Origin: Alphaproteobacteria bacterium
GTDB taxonomy: Bacteria > Pseudomonadota > Alphaproteobacteria > MPNO01 > UBA830
Assembly (NCBI GenBank): GCA_965243135.1
Contig: OZ251539.1
Coordinates: 4,416,001-4,480,000 of the forward strand
Direction: 5' to 3'
DNA: 64,000 nt
Numbering within the stretch: the stretch's first letter is position 1; the number at the start of each line of letters is the position of its first letter. The position numbers and the translations under genes were made by a program. Of the stretch, positions 41,030-51,172 are shown in pieces. The notes under the pieces are model-generated. The model made no database searches, was not told the origin of the DNA, and saw nothing but the letters and a program-made list of their open reading frames with translations.

Positions 41030-42730
41030 TCAAGGGACGCCTTGCTCCCGCTCCCAGCTTCTCTGGTAGTAGCGGTAGGCCGCGGCGTTGCCCAACCGGT
41101 TGATCTCGATTTCGTCGAGGCCGTCGAAGACCCCCTTGGGAAACGCGAACGCGCCGAGCAGGACCTCCCGCGTCGTCCAGCCGTCGTCGACGGGAAGCGT
41201 TTCGAGGGAGGCCAGGCGCTCGCTCGCCGGCGCCCCGTGCCGGGTGGCGATGGTCCATCCCCATTCGCCGAAACTCGGAACGTTCTGGCGATACTGCTCG
41301 ACGTTCCCGAAGCCGGCGGCGGAAACGGTCCTTCCGATGCTCAGGAACGTCTCCCGCGCATGGTAAGGCGAAGTGGACTGGATCGCGATCGCGCCGTCTC
41401 CGGCCAGCAGATGCCGAAGCTTGGCGTAGAACCGCACGCTGTAGAGGCGCCCGAGATCGGGATGGCTGGGATCCGGAAGGTCGACGACGATCGCGTCGAA
41501 CCGGCGGCCCTCGCGCAGCAAGCCGTCGACGGTCAGGAAGGCGTCCCCGAAAACCGTCCGAACGCGGGGATCCCGGAACGCGAACTCGTTGAGTTCGAGC
41601 AGCGGCGCGTTGATCGCCCGCCCGCCGCGAAGGATCGGCCGGGAAAACAGCCTGACCAGCTCGGAATCGAGATCGAGCACCACGACTTCCTTTGGCCGCC
41701 ACCTGAGAATGTCGCGCACGCCGAGCCCGTCGCCGCCGCCGACCACGAGGACGCGCTCGCGACGCGCCGACGCGGCGAGCGCCGGATAGGTGAGCATCGC
41801 GTGGTAGATGTGCTCGTCGTCGCTGGCGAACTGCGTGCGGCCGTTGATGAAGAACGTGTAGACGGCGGGTCCGTCGGGATCGTTGAACCGCTCGGTGATC
41901 GTCAGCCGCTGATGTCCGGTGTCCGCGCTGTAGACGATCCGGTCCCGAAACAGCAGCTGCTCCATCGCTTCGGCCCAGTCGCCGCCGCGAAAGCCCGCGA
42001 CGAGCAACAGGGCGCCGACCGCGGCATGCAGCGCGAGGACCAGTCCGAATCGCCCGATCCGCTGACGGTACAACAAGATGAACAGGACGCCCATCGCCAG
42101 ATTGGCGGCGGCGGTCAACGCGGCGGCGAGCGCCGGCTCCATCGCCAGCATGAACGCGACCCAGAGCGCCGCGCCGATCCCGGCGCCGATGTAGTCCGCG
42201 CCGTAGATCGTGCCGGTGTTGTGCTCCAGGCGATGCCGATGGAATTCCTGGCGCACCCGGGCCAGCAGCGGAATCTCCATGCCCACCAGCACGCCGACGG
42301 CGGCGCCGAGAACGTACGGCGCGGCGTCGGCCGCCGCGCTGAGAGCGGCGAACAATCCGCCGCGCGGCACCAGATCGGGCGGCATGCCGTAGGTCTCGGC
42401 CAACGTGCGCGGCAACACCGCCGCGAGCGCGGCGATTCCGCCAAGGATCAGCACCGACACGCCGCCGAAACCGGCGAGCGTCGCTTCGAGCCAAGCGAAG
42501 CCGGCGAACGGCCTAGCGATCACTCGGGCAAGGAACGATCCGACGCCCATCGACACGATCATGACGCCGATCATGCTGAAGATGACCGCCTCGACGGCGC
42601 CCAGCATCCGGCCGGCGGTATGGGCCAGAAGGTATTCGTACACCAGGCCGCAACCGGCGAGTACGCCGGTCACCAGCATAATCGCGACATCGTCGAAGGT
42701 GAGCGCCTTCCTCCGGCTGTCGGACGGCAT
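41030..42730 (-). CDS. speE: Membrane-anchored polyamine aminopropyltransferase (spermidine synthase)
   Basis: N-terminal TM domain (CGLVYEYLL, GMEIPL); DEHIYH, VVGGGDG, DLPDP, VPSFGEWG. Confidence 0.9.
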   Translation of the reverse strand: MPSDSRRKALTFDDVAIMLVTGVLAGCGLVYEYLLAHTAGRMLGAVEAVIFSMIGVMIVSMGVGSFLARVIARPFAGFAWLEATLAGFGGVSVLILGGIAALAAVLPRTLAETYGMPPDLVPRGGLFAALSAAADAAPYVLGAAVGVLVGMEIPLLARVRQEFHRHRLEHNTGTIYGADYIGAGIGAALWVAFMLAMEPALAAALTAAANLAMGVLFILLYRQRIGRFGLVLALHAAVGALLLVAGFRGGDWAEAMEQLLFRDRIVYSADTGHQRLTITERFNDPDGPAVYTFFINGRTQFASDDEHIYHAMLTYPALAASARRERVLVVGGGDGLGVRDILRWRPKEVVVLDLDSELVRLFSRPILRGGRAINAPLLELNEFAFRDPRVRTVFGDAFLTVDGLLREGRRFDAIVVDLPDPSHPDLGRLYSVRFYAKLRHLLAGDGAIAIQSTSPYHARETFLSIGRTVSAAGFGNVEQYRQNVPSFGEWGWTIATRHGAPASERLASLETLPVDDGWTTREVLLGAFAFPKGVFDGLDEIEINRLGNAAAYRYYQRSWEREQGVP

Positions 42731-43623
42731 CACCCGAAGTGCGAAAGCAGCAGCAACCCGATCCCGAGATAGACGGCGACTTCGGTAAGGGCGACGCCGA
42801 CGTTGCGCTGCCGGTCGACCTCCGCGGACAGATCGATCCCGGCCAGAACGCAAAACTCGGCGACCAGGCTGAGGATCACGAGCAATGCCGCGGTGCCGAT
42901 CGAGAACGCGCCCCAGACAACGGCCTGCAGCACCGGATCGCCGCCAGGAACGTATGGCGCGAGGCCCGAGGCGGCGGTCACCGCCAGCGCCACGCCGCAC
43001 TGGAACCCGACGAAACGAAGCGCGAGAGCGACGTTTCCGCCTTGGACGGTCTCGTGAAACCGTCCTTCCTTGTTGCGCCGCCCGAAAAGCCATATCCGGT
43101 AATACGCGGTCAGCGTAAGGATGATCTGCGTGACCACGTAACCCACGACGACCGCGATCAAGCCGGCGACCAGCGCGTCGTCGGACCACGCGATCACCGC
43201 CCGCAACATGATCGCGGTAGCGATCATGTTGCCCGCATCGACCACGGCGACCGGAACGTTGCCGCCCGCTATCTCGTCCTTGACCGACAGGTTCGGCAGC
43301 GCGATGCGATCGAAGATCAGGCGGGTCGCCCACATGAGAACGAGGCCGACGGCTCCGTAAGCGGCCACGAGGCCGGCTTCCGCGCCGTAGCTCCGCGCGA
43401 AGCCGCCCGAAAGCACGCCGGTGAGCATGATCGCCACGCCCGCCGTCGCGCCGGCGAGAGAGATGCCTATGGCGAAGTTGTCGTTGTCCGCCAGTTCCCG
43501 CGTGGCGTTCACGCCGCTCGCGAGTCCGTACATGAAGCGCACCAGCAAGAGCACGGCGAAGACGATCGCCAGATCCATCGCCAGCAGGCCGATCGTGTCG
43601 CCAGTCACAAGCGTCGGGTCCAT
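42730..43623 (-). CDS. DUF350 membrane protein
   Basis: Repeated ELADNDNFAIGISLAG / EIAGGNVPVAVV / EVDRQRNVGVAL units. Confidence 0.82.
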   Translation of the reverse strand: MDPTLVTGDTIGLLAMDLAIVFAVLLLVRFMYGLASGVNATRELADNDNFAIGISLAGATAGVAIMLTGVLSGGFARSYGAEAGLVAAYGAVGLVLMWATRLIFDRIALPNLSVKDEIAGGNVPVAVVDAGNMIATAIMLRAVIAWSDDALVAGLIAVVVGYVVTQIILTLTAYYRIWLFGRRNKEGRFHETVQGGNVALALRFVGFQCGVALAVTAASGLAPYVPGGDPVLQAVVWGAFSIGTAALLVILSLVAEFCVLAGIDLSAEVDRQRNVGVALTEVAVYLGIGLLLLSHFG

Positions 43624-43634
43624 GTTTTCTCCGT

Positions 43635-44561
43635 TCACTTTCCGCGGAAGCCGGACGCGCGCGACGTTCCGCGCGCCGAACTGCCGTAATTGCGGCTGTA
43701 GGTCGAGGCTCGGCGAGTGGCGGCGCCCGCGCTTCGGCTGGCCGACCGTCCATAGGTGCTCAGCCGCCGCTCGCTGCGCAACGGACCGTAAGACTTTTTC
43801 GGCGAAGAAGGTTGCGTCCGGCTCGCCCGGTCCCAGCGCCGGGAATCGGCGCGCGTACCGTAGTAATGCCGACCGACGTCGCCGTAATACGACCAGCCCC
43901 GGTTCGGATACCAGTCGCGATGGTAGTAGGTCGACGGCCCGAAGAACAGATCGCGCATCAAGGCGTATTGTCCGTAGAACTGCCAGAAGCTGCCGCCGCT
44001 GCCTTGGCGCCATTCGCCGTAGCGCGGATTGCCGACGAGATGGCTGCCGGGGCCGGCGTCCGGGCGCGGTTCGGAGCGCGGGATCTGCAGCCTGGACAAC
44101 TTGCCGTCGGACAGGTCGGCAAGCACGTTGACGACGTCGATCAGACTGTCGTTGAACACCACGGCATCGGAAGCGGCCTCGATCCGCAAGAGCTCCTCCA
44201 TGCTTTCGTCGGCCTCTTTCTGATCAGCGGGAGAAAGGTTGATCCGGTCCAGCCGGCCGGCGAGAGACGCATACGCAAGCCCTCGGGTCGTGGCCTCCTT
44301 GGACAGCTCGTCCGCGAGCGCCGCCACGTCGGGACGGTCGCGGCGCACGATCCGCGCATATTGCTTGACGATGTTGGCGTTGCGGATCCGGCCGCCGTCA
44401 AGGGCGGCGCCGAGGTTTCGCACCGTCTCGACGATCTGGACATGCTGCCGGCGCACGAGGTCCGAATGGCTCTCGCCGCAGCCGGCCAGCACCAGCGCGA
44501 CCGCCAGAGCGGCAACCGCTCCCGAGAAAAGCCTCAGCCGCCTGCCTGCGACCACATCCAT
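43635..44561 (-). CDS. Lipoprotein of the psp/DUF350 operon
   Basis: Lipobox LAGC; VGNPRYGEW, SFWQFYGQYA; Ser/Arg/Gly-rich tail ending GFRGK. Confidence 0.78.
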   Translation of the reverse strand: MDVVAGRRLRLFSGAVAALAVALVLAGCGESHSDLVRRQHVQIVETVRNLGAALDGGRIRNANIVKQYARIVRRDRPDVAALADELSKEATTRGLAYASLAGRLDRINLSPADQKEADESMEELLRIEAASDAVVFNDSLIDVVNVLADLSDGKLSRLQIPRSEPRPDAGPGSHLVGNPRYGEWRQGSGGSFWQFYGQYALMRDLFFGPSTYYHRDWYPNRGWSYYGDVGRHYYGTRADSRRWDRASRTQPSSPKKSYGPLRSERRLSTYGRSASRSAGAATRRASTYSRNYGSSARGTSRASGFRGK

Positions 44562-44978
44562 GGTTCCCGTTCCGCGCCGGAGAAGACTCCCGGCCGGCAA
44601 GAACCTAGCATTCTTGCCCCGATGCTGTGAAGACGGTCGGCCGCCGCCGTTCGAACGGCGGGCGGGCGCCTGGAACTTGCCCCACGGAACGCTTCGACGC
44701 TCGGGAAGGCCGGTTCGTCCGAAGCGCCGGCCGACGCGGGCCCCACGGGAGCGCGCCGCCTGCCGGCCCGACTCGTCCGAACCGGAAAGAAGAGCGGCGG
44801 CCGCAGGGAAACCGCAGCTTTCCGGAACCGCCCCCGCTTCGCCGCCTCGCCCGAGCGGCGGCGTTCTTTCGGGGACCGGACGACACGGCCCCGCAACGAA
44901 GAAGGGAAGGCCGTCGACAGCGCGGCTTCCGTCTTCTCCGGGCGCGAAGCCGCGGACGCGCTCATTCCATGTCCGCCG

Positions 44979-46139
44979 GGCAGGACGGCGCGGGTTCCGC
45001 CGTCCTGCGTGAGAGGCTACTCGGCGGCGATCGCCAGACCCGGCTCCGCCGCGACCTTCCGGTCGATCATCGCCCGCGCAGCGATCGAACCCGCGTCCTG
45101 GATCGTGTCCACCGTCGGACGCTCGTCCCAGTTCTCCTGCTGCTTGTTGAACACCTCCCAATCCTGGTGAAACGCCGTGAAGATCTGCTGGTACTGCAAC
45201 TCCGTCATCTCCGGCGTCACCGCCTTCCCCGGAATGTTGTAGGCGTTCGACCAGAAATAATGCGTCGTCGTCGCCGTCTCCGGCGTCACGAAGTTCAGGT
45301 TGTGGAAGCCGAAACCTCCCTCCGGAACGTCCCGCTCGATGTCCGTGAAGCCGAACTCCCGGCCTTCCGCAGCCCCCGGAGCCGCCCCCGTGAACAGGCG
45401 CACCGCTCCCGGCATCCGGAACTCGATGATCTGCCAGCGGTCCACGATCGCGTCCGCGCTCCAGCCGCCCATCTTCTGATACGTCGGAGCCGGATTCTGC
45501 CCCACCGTCCAACGCGCGACCGTCACCGAATCCTCGTCCTTCAGCGTCCGCACCCGCGCCGCCTCCGCGACCGCCGCGTTGCCGATCGTCGAACGGTGCA
45601 CGAAACCCAGATGCGACAGGTCCAGAAGATTGTCCACGATCAGGCGGTAGTCGCACTTCACGTAGAAATACGTCCCCTTGTCGCCCCAATCCGACGACGT
45701 CTTCCACGGATACGGTACGATCCTTCCCTCGTCCGCGAGCGCCGGATCCCCCATCCAGATCCACACCCAGTTGTACTTCTCCACGACCGGAAACGTCCGC
45801 ACCCGCGCTCCCGGCGGTATCGTCGCCTGACCCGGAACGTGCACGCACGCCCCGTCGCCGTCGAACTGCAAACCGTGATAGTAGCACTCCATCCGGTCGC
45901 CGATCAGCTTCCCCTTCGACAACGGCATCCGGCGATGGCAGCAACGGTCCTCGAACGCCACAGGCGTCCCGTCCTCGCGACGCCAGAAAACGACCTTCTC
46001 GTCGCAGATCGTCCGCGACATCGGCGTCCGGCCGACCTCCCCAGGCTCGGCGCAGACGTACCACGTGTTCTTCAGAAACATGCCTCGACCCTCCTCGTTT
46101 CTCCCCCGCAGTCTAATCATCGCGATCTCGCCGATCAAC
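44979..46139. repeat. Direct repeat copy 2 of 22759-23907
   Basis: Near-identical sequence in the same orientation. Confidence 0.95.
45017..46081 (-). CDS. Rieske non-heme iron oxygenase alpha subunit, copy 2 (protein identical to copy 1)
   Basis: Identical 354-aa translation from MFLKNTWY. Confidence 0.93.
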   Translation of the reverse strand: MFLKNTWYVCAEPGEVGRTPMSRTICDEKVVFWRREDGTPVAFEDRCCHRRMPLSKGKLIGDRMECYYHGLQFDGDGACVHVPGQATIPPGARVRTFPVVEKYNWVWIWMGDPALADEGRIVPYPWKTSSDWGDKGTYFYVKCDYRLIVDNLLDLSHLGFVHRSTIGNAAVAEAARVRTLKDEDSVTVARWTVGQNPAPTYQKMGGWSADAIVDRWQIIEFRMPGAVRLFTGAAPGAAEGREFGFTDIERDVPEGGFGFHNLNFVTPETATTTHYFWSNAYNIPGKAVTPEMTELQYQQIFTAFHQDWEVFNKQQENWDERPTVDTIQDAGSIAARAMIDRKVAAEPGLAIAAE

Positions 46140-46213
46140 CGGCTTCGACGCAAGGCGACGTCAGGATCGAATGGCCGGGCGGACCGCTCCTCGCGGCGAT
46201 GCACGGAAAGGGG

Positions 46214-46580
46214 CTAACCCGCATATCTCACCAGATCGAATCAGAGGGTCGGGTCCGGGATCGCCGGGTCCGGTAACGGAAATCGCAAAACCGCCGCTAC
46301 GCCTGGCCGGTGCAGCGGCGGCGCGACTTGCGCAACCGCCTGCCGACGCGCTCCGCCAAGCGGGCTTGCGGGCCTGACCGAACAGGTAGTCGACGTCGTT
46401 GTCGTCGCACCACGTCATGATGTCGTCGCGGCAGAATCCGCTATCGCCGCGAACGACGATTTTGGTTTTCGGCCAACGTCGGCGAATGCGCATCGACGAT
46501 GCCCGCCAGTTCCTCCACCGGGTTGACCAAGGACGAGTTCGCTAGGGGAGCCGTCCACGGAATCGACGGATCTCCAGCGC
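46214..46580 (-). mobile_element. IS1380-family transposase fragment with right-end-like sequence
   Basis: RIRRRWPKTKIVVRGDSGFCRDDIMTWCDDNDVDYLFG; TGGTGAGATATGCGGG end-like motif at ~46218-46233. Confidence 0.72.
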
Positions 46581-47645
46581 TTAGTTATGCTCGATTTCCA
46601 GATCCTCTCCAGAATAACCAAATAGTTTTAACAAATTTTCGCAACGTCTCACAATTTCATGTGCAGAAGCATGAGTTTCAATCCAGTAACGGGAATTCCC
46701 GATCTGATAGGGCGATTTCATCCCTGAGTTGCCGACATTGACATAAATTTTCAGTCCAGATGTATCCCTTACTTTCCATTCAAACTGTTCTGGATGCCGT
46801 AAATACAGAGCTTCGGCTACTCCTCTCAATATATCTTTCCAGTATTTAACACTGTACTGTTCCTTCCACAGCCTGTAGCCTGTAGGCGAAGGTTGTCCAC
46901 TTCGTTTATTTTTTTGATGTGGTATACTATTAGTAGGTTGTAGGTGAGCTGGTTCCGATATATTTCGGATCTGTTCACTCAAGAAACCGCTTATTTCCTC
47001 TTTATATAGTGGAAGGCCTTCTGACTCAATTCGCCGATTGATGAGTTTCATAAGCTCTTCTGGGGGTTCTTTAAGCATTGCGTTCCATATCCTTGGAAGC
47101 TCTTTGGCCAATTGTTCACGTTTCAACTTCTCGTCAAGAGCGTTTTTGGCATGTGTCAGTGCTTTCCCTGAAATTAACGCATCATAAGATAAATACTTCT
47201 CAAACTCGCTAGTTAGCCGATCAAGCGGATCGGTTTTGATGTCCATTTTTGCAAATATGCGTTGTTCCACTGTAGTGCCTGGTTTCATCTGAAAAAGCAG
47301 AAACCATTTGAACCCAGTTGTATATATAACTATCGGAACGGTTTTGTGAAACGCATATTCGATGACTTGTCTAAATTCAGTCTCATGAACTATGCCTTTA
47401 GGAGGACCAATACGGGTATCCGCTTTTTTTGCTTCCACTATAGCTACAGGACTTCCTTCTGATCCAAACAGCACATAATCGGCCCTTCCCTTTCCAACCG
47501 GGTATTCGGCCTCCAATTTATTGGGATCTGCGGAGTCCCAGCCCAAACAATGAAGGATCGGTAATATCGCTTGTAGTTTTGTGCTTTCTTCACTATTCGG
47601 TTGTCGTAAATTTCGAATTTTTTCGAGTACGGGAAGAAGTTCCAT
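46581..47645 (-). CDS. HsdR N-terminal-type PD-(D/E)XK nuclease with a C-terminal SeqA-like domain
   Basis: NSEESTKLQAILPILHCLGWD, EY..GKGRADY, IVEAKK, QVIEYAF, TTGFKW; strongly AT-rich. Confidence 0.75.
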   Translation of the reverse strand: MELLPVLEKIRNLRQPNSEESTKLQAILPILHCLGWDSADPNKLEAEYPVGKGRADYVLFGSEGSPVAIVEAKKADTRIGPPKGIVHETEFRQVIEYAFHKTVPIVIYTTGFKWFLLFQMKPGTTVEQRIFAKMDIKTDPLDRLTSEFEKYLSYDALISGKALTHAKNALDEKLKREQLAKELPRIWNAMLKEPPEELMKLINRRIESEGLPLYKEEISGFLSEQIRNISEPAHLQPTNSIPHQKNKRSGQPSPTGYRLWKEQYSVKYWKDILRGVAEALYLRHPEQFEWKVRDTSGLKIYVNVGNSGMKSPYQIGNSRYWIETHASAHEIVRRCENLLKLFGYSGEDLEIEHN

Positions 47646-48308
47646 CGCCTATTCTCCTGTAGATATTGTTTCGTCAATCGAACGACAACTTGTGAAATAC
47701 GCCGCTGGCATGTTTCGTCGTTCCGCTCCCTGCGCCGTTCTCTGACAATTTTCGGCCTCGATCAGGGCATCCAACATGCTGACTGCCGGGAGACCGCCGC
47801 CATCGTGCCCGAATCGACGTTTTCCTGCTGCAGGCCGATGGATCCATCCAGAGGTCTTCGAGAAAGGCTTCGTGAACATTCTGCCTTGGCCTGCACAGCT
47901 TGCGTCACAGCGTGTTTCATGATATAGAATATAGCATATTCGCATGACCATAACAACCACTTTAAATTAGCGAGAAGCCTAACCTCTGCCGCCGCACGCC
48001 GCCGTTCGCTTGCCTGAGGTCTTCGAGGCGCGGGTCGACGGCCGGAGGCGTCCGGGACCGCAGGCGGTCTCTCGACAGACCGCCGCCTGCAAGGATGCGG
48101 AGCCGGCGGGAACGACAACGGCGGACGACCGGGCGGAGAGCGAGCGATTACTCCTTGAAGGACGTTCTCGCGAACCTGAGTATCCATTCTCTCGAGTGGG
48201 TCCGGTACGAATGGGCGCAGACGCGCGGCGACGAACCGGGCGAGCGGGAAGCGACGGTTCCGCGCATTGTCGGCCGTCCCGTCGGCATCGTGCGCGGCGG
48301 CGGCCCCT

Positions 48309-50009
48309 TCACGCTTCCGCAAGTACCGAGTCGGCGATTTTTTCGGCCATCATGATGGTCGGAACATTGGTATTCGCGCGCGGCACGCAGGGCATGATGG
48401 AGGCGTCGCAGACGCGCAATCCCGCAATGCCGTAAACCCGTCCCGATGAATCGGTCACGGCTTCTCTGTCGTTCGCCGCCCCCATGCGGCAGGTGCACGA
48501 GGCATGCCAGTGGCCCGTCACTGTCTTGCGCACCCAATCCGCGATGGCTTCGCCATCCGCGAGCAATTCGTCAAGGGTCGGCCCTTCGATGACGAATCGC
48601 CGAATGAACGCCCTGCGCAGCGGGCCGCCCAGGTCGGTCGCCCGGGCGGCGAGCGCGGTCCTGACGCGGTTCGCTCGGGTAGGCTCGGCTACCCGGCGCA
48701 CCCGCTCGGAATAGGCCGCGGGAAAAACCTCGTGAACCGCCGCGGCCAGCGACGGATGGGCATGCAGGCGAGCGAGCAACCGCGTGGCTCCGACAAGCCG
48801 GATCAGATCCCGCTCGTCGGAGCACAAGTTGAAATCGACGCGCGGTTCCACCGAAGGCTCGGCGGAAACCAGCGTCACTGCGCCCGTCGAATAGGACTTG
48901 TTGACCCAGACCATCGCTGCGCCGATGCGGTCTCCCAGCGCATGCCACGCGAACTTGTTGGTGGGGACCAGGAACATGTCGCCTGCGCCGCAGCCCTCGA
49001 CCCCCGACGAGAACCGCAGCGCCGCGATCATCTGGCGCCGCATGCCTGCAGGCAGCCGCGCGGCGCGCTGCATCCATGACGCCATCGATATCCCGGGATG
49101 CTCCATCAAGTGCCGCCCGACTCCGGGGCGGTCGGCGGCGACGCGGATGCCGAGATGCGAGAGCGGCGCGGCGGGACCGATGCCCGAGCGCATCAGTATG
49201 GCGGGCGAATGAATCGCGCCGGCGCAAAGGATCACCTCGCGAGCGCGGATATCGCGGTCCACGCCGTCGCGCCGCACCGTCAGGCCGGTCGCGCGCGCGC
49301 CTTCGAGAGTCAGGGTCCGCGCTTCCGAGAGATCGAGAATTTCGAGATTGCGGCGGGCGCGAACTTCGGCGGTCAGGTAGGCGACGTTCGCCGACACCCG
49401 CCGGTCGTCGATGTTGGAGATCGAAACGGGGGAATAGCCGTCCCCGAAATCCGCGTTCATGTCTTCGATATAACGGTGCCCCTCGGCGCGGACCGCCTCC
49501 ATGACGGCCCGCGTGTAGCCCGGCCAGACGTCGGGAAACAACCGGCGAATGCCGATGGGACCGTCGGCGCCGTGAAGGGGACCGCGGAAGTCCCGATCCG
49601 ATTCGAGCTTCCTGAAATAAGGCAGCACGTCGTCCCAGCCCCAGCCAGCGGCGCCGCGTTCCACCCATTCGTCATAGTCGAGCGGACTGCCGCGATTCGC
49701 CATCATGCCGTTGATCGAGGATCCGCCGCCGATGACGCGGCCTTGCTGGTAGAGCCGGTCCGGCCTGAGGTCCGGAGCGTTGCCGGGATGCGGCTGGACG
49801 ACGGCGCGCAGCCGTTCCCAGATGAAACGCCGATCATTGTAGGCGACGGCTGCGAAGCCGTCTTCGAGACTGGCGGGGATCCGGCCGGGCGGATAATCCG
49901 GTCCGGCCTCGACCAGCAGCACGCGTCGCCGCGCGCTCAGCCGGGCCGCCAGAACGCAGCCGGCGGAACCGCCGCCCACGATGGCGTAGTCGTAAACGGC
50001 GTCGTTCAT
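48309..50009 (-). CDS. GMC family oxidoreductase
   Basis: IVGGGSAG, GRVIGGGSSING, HASCTCRMG, ANTNVPTIMMAEK. Confidence 0.93.
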   Translation of the reverse strand: MNDAVYDYAIVGGGSAGCVLAARLSARRRVLLVEAGPDYPPGRIPASLEDGFAAVAYNDRRFIWERLRAVVQPHPGNAPDLRPDRLYQQGRVIGGGSSINGMMANRGSPLDYDEWVERGAAGWGWDDVLPYFRKLESDRDFRGPLHGADGPIGIRRLFPDVWPGYTRAVMEAVRAEGHRYIEDMNADFGDGYSPVSISNIDDRRVSANVAYLTAEVRARRNLEILDLSEARTLTLEGARATGLTVRRDGVDRDIRAREVILCAGAIHSPAILMRSGIGPAAPLSHLGIRVAADRPGVGRHLMEHPGISMASWMQRAARLPAGMRRQMIAALRFSSGVEGCGAGDMFLVPTNKFAWHALGDRIGAAMVWVNKSYSTGAVTLVSAEPSVEPRVDFNLCSDERDLIRLVGATRLLARLHAHPSLAAAVHEVFPAAYSERVRRVAEPTRANRVRTALAARATDLGGPLRRAFIRRFVIEGPTLDELLADGEAIADWVRKTVTGHWHASCTCRMGAANDREAVTDSSGRVYGIAGLRVCDASIMPCVPRANTNVPTIMMAEKIADSVLAEA

Positions 50010-50197
50010 CGCTCCTCCCGCACGCAGAGGCGACGTTTCCGGGAAAGCGCTGCCGCGGACGAACCAAGCCTACGGAATTCCGGTTCCGATGGCGAACGCG
50101 CCGCGACGCGGAAGGGAGGCGCCGGTCCTGAGCATTACGCGGCCGGCGCGGTCGTGCTATTGATCGCTTCATCCGTACCGAAGGGGAGAAAAGGAGC

Positions 50198-50953
50198 ATG
50201 GGACGACTTGACGAACGGGCCGCGGTCGTGACCGGCGCCGGCCGGGGCATCGGAGCCGAATACGCAAAGGCGCTGGCCGCCGAGGGCGCCAGAGTCATGG
50301 TGACGGACATCGTCGACACCGAAAACACGGTCAACATCATCAAGCAGGCCGGCGGCGAGGCGATCGGCAAGCATTGCGACGTCACCCGCCCGGCGGACGT
50401 GAAGGCGATGGTCGACGAGACGGTTCGCGCCTTCGGAAAGCTCGACATCATGGTGACCAACGCCGCGCTGTTCGCCGATCTCGACCAGAAGCCGTTCCTG
50501 GAGATCGACGAAGCGGAATGGGATCGGGTGATGCAGGTGAACACGAGGGGGGTTTTCACCTGCGTGAAGGCCGCCGTGCCCGAAATGAAGAAGAACGGCT
50601 ACGGCAAGATCGTAAACGTCGCTTCCGGCACCGTCTTCAAGGGAACGCCGATGCTCCTGCACTACGTGAGTTCGAAGGGAGCGATGGTCGCGTTCACGCG
50701 GGCGCTCGCCCGCGAGGTCGGGGACGACGGAATCACCGTGAACTGCATCGCTCCCGGACTGACCATGAGCGAAAAGGTCCTCGGCGCGGCGCAGTGGGAC
50801 GCCATCAAGGACGGCAATACCGCGTCGCGCGCGATCAAGCGCGAAGAGGTGCCTGAAGACTTGCTGGGAACCGTCGTGTTCTTTTCGTCGTCCGAATCGG
50901 ACTTCATCACCGGCCAGACCCTGGTCGTCGACGGCGGCTCGGCGATGCACTGA
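50198..50953 (+). CDS. Short-chain dehydrogenase/reductase
   Basis: TGAGRGIG, YVSSK, VNCIAPG. Confidence 0.93.
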   Translation: MGRLDERAAVVTGAGRGIGAEYAKALAAEGARVMVTDIVDTENTVNIIKQAGGEAIGKHCDVTRPADVKAMVDETVRAFGKLDIMVTNAALFADLDQKPFLEIDEAEWDRVMQVNTRGVFTCVKAAVPEMKKNGYGKIVNVASGTVFKGTPMLLHYVSSKGAMVAFTRALAREVGDDGITVNCIAPGLTMSEKVLGAAQWDAIKDGNTASRAIKREEVPEDLLGTVVFFSSSESDFITGQTLVVDGGSAMH

Positions 50954-51172
50954 GAGAGCGCGGAGGCCGGTTCCCCGGGAGAGGAGACGGGCACCGCGCC
51001 CGGGCGGAGCCGTGCGCGGCGGCTCCGCCCGGGCCTTTCCGCCCAAGCGGCCGCCTGCGGCAAGGACCTTCGGTCCCGGAGGCCGGCGACAGCGCGAAGC
51101 CGGACGAGGCCGGGCGTCCATGGGCGCGTGAAGGCAGCGAGCACGACTCGCCGAAAGTACGCGCGGCCGGGA

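Noticed and set aside
43635-46064. 809-aa ORF as a single fusion protein
   Set aside because: Only the last ~308 aa (from 44561, with lipobox) is plausible; the remainder is an alternative frame of the Rieske gene
47649-47960. Possible HigA-like antitoxin remnant upstream of the HsdR-N gene
   Set aside because: Similarity too short and frame-broken to support a call
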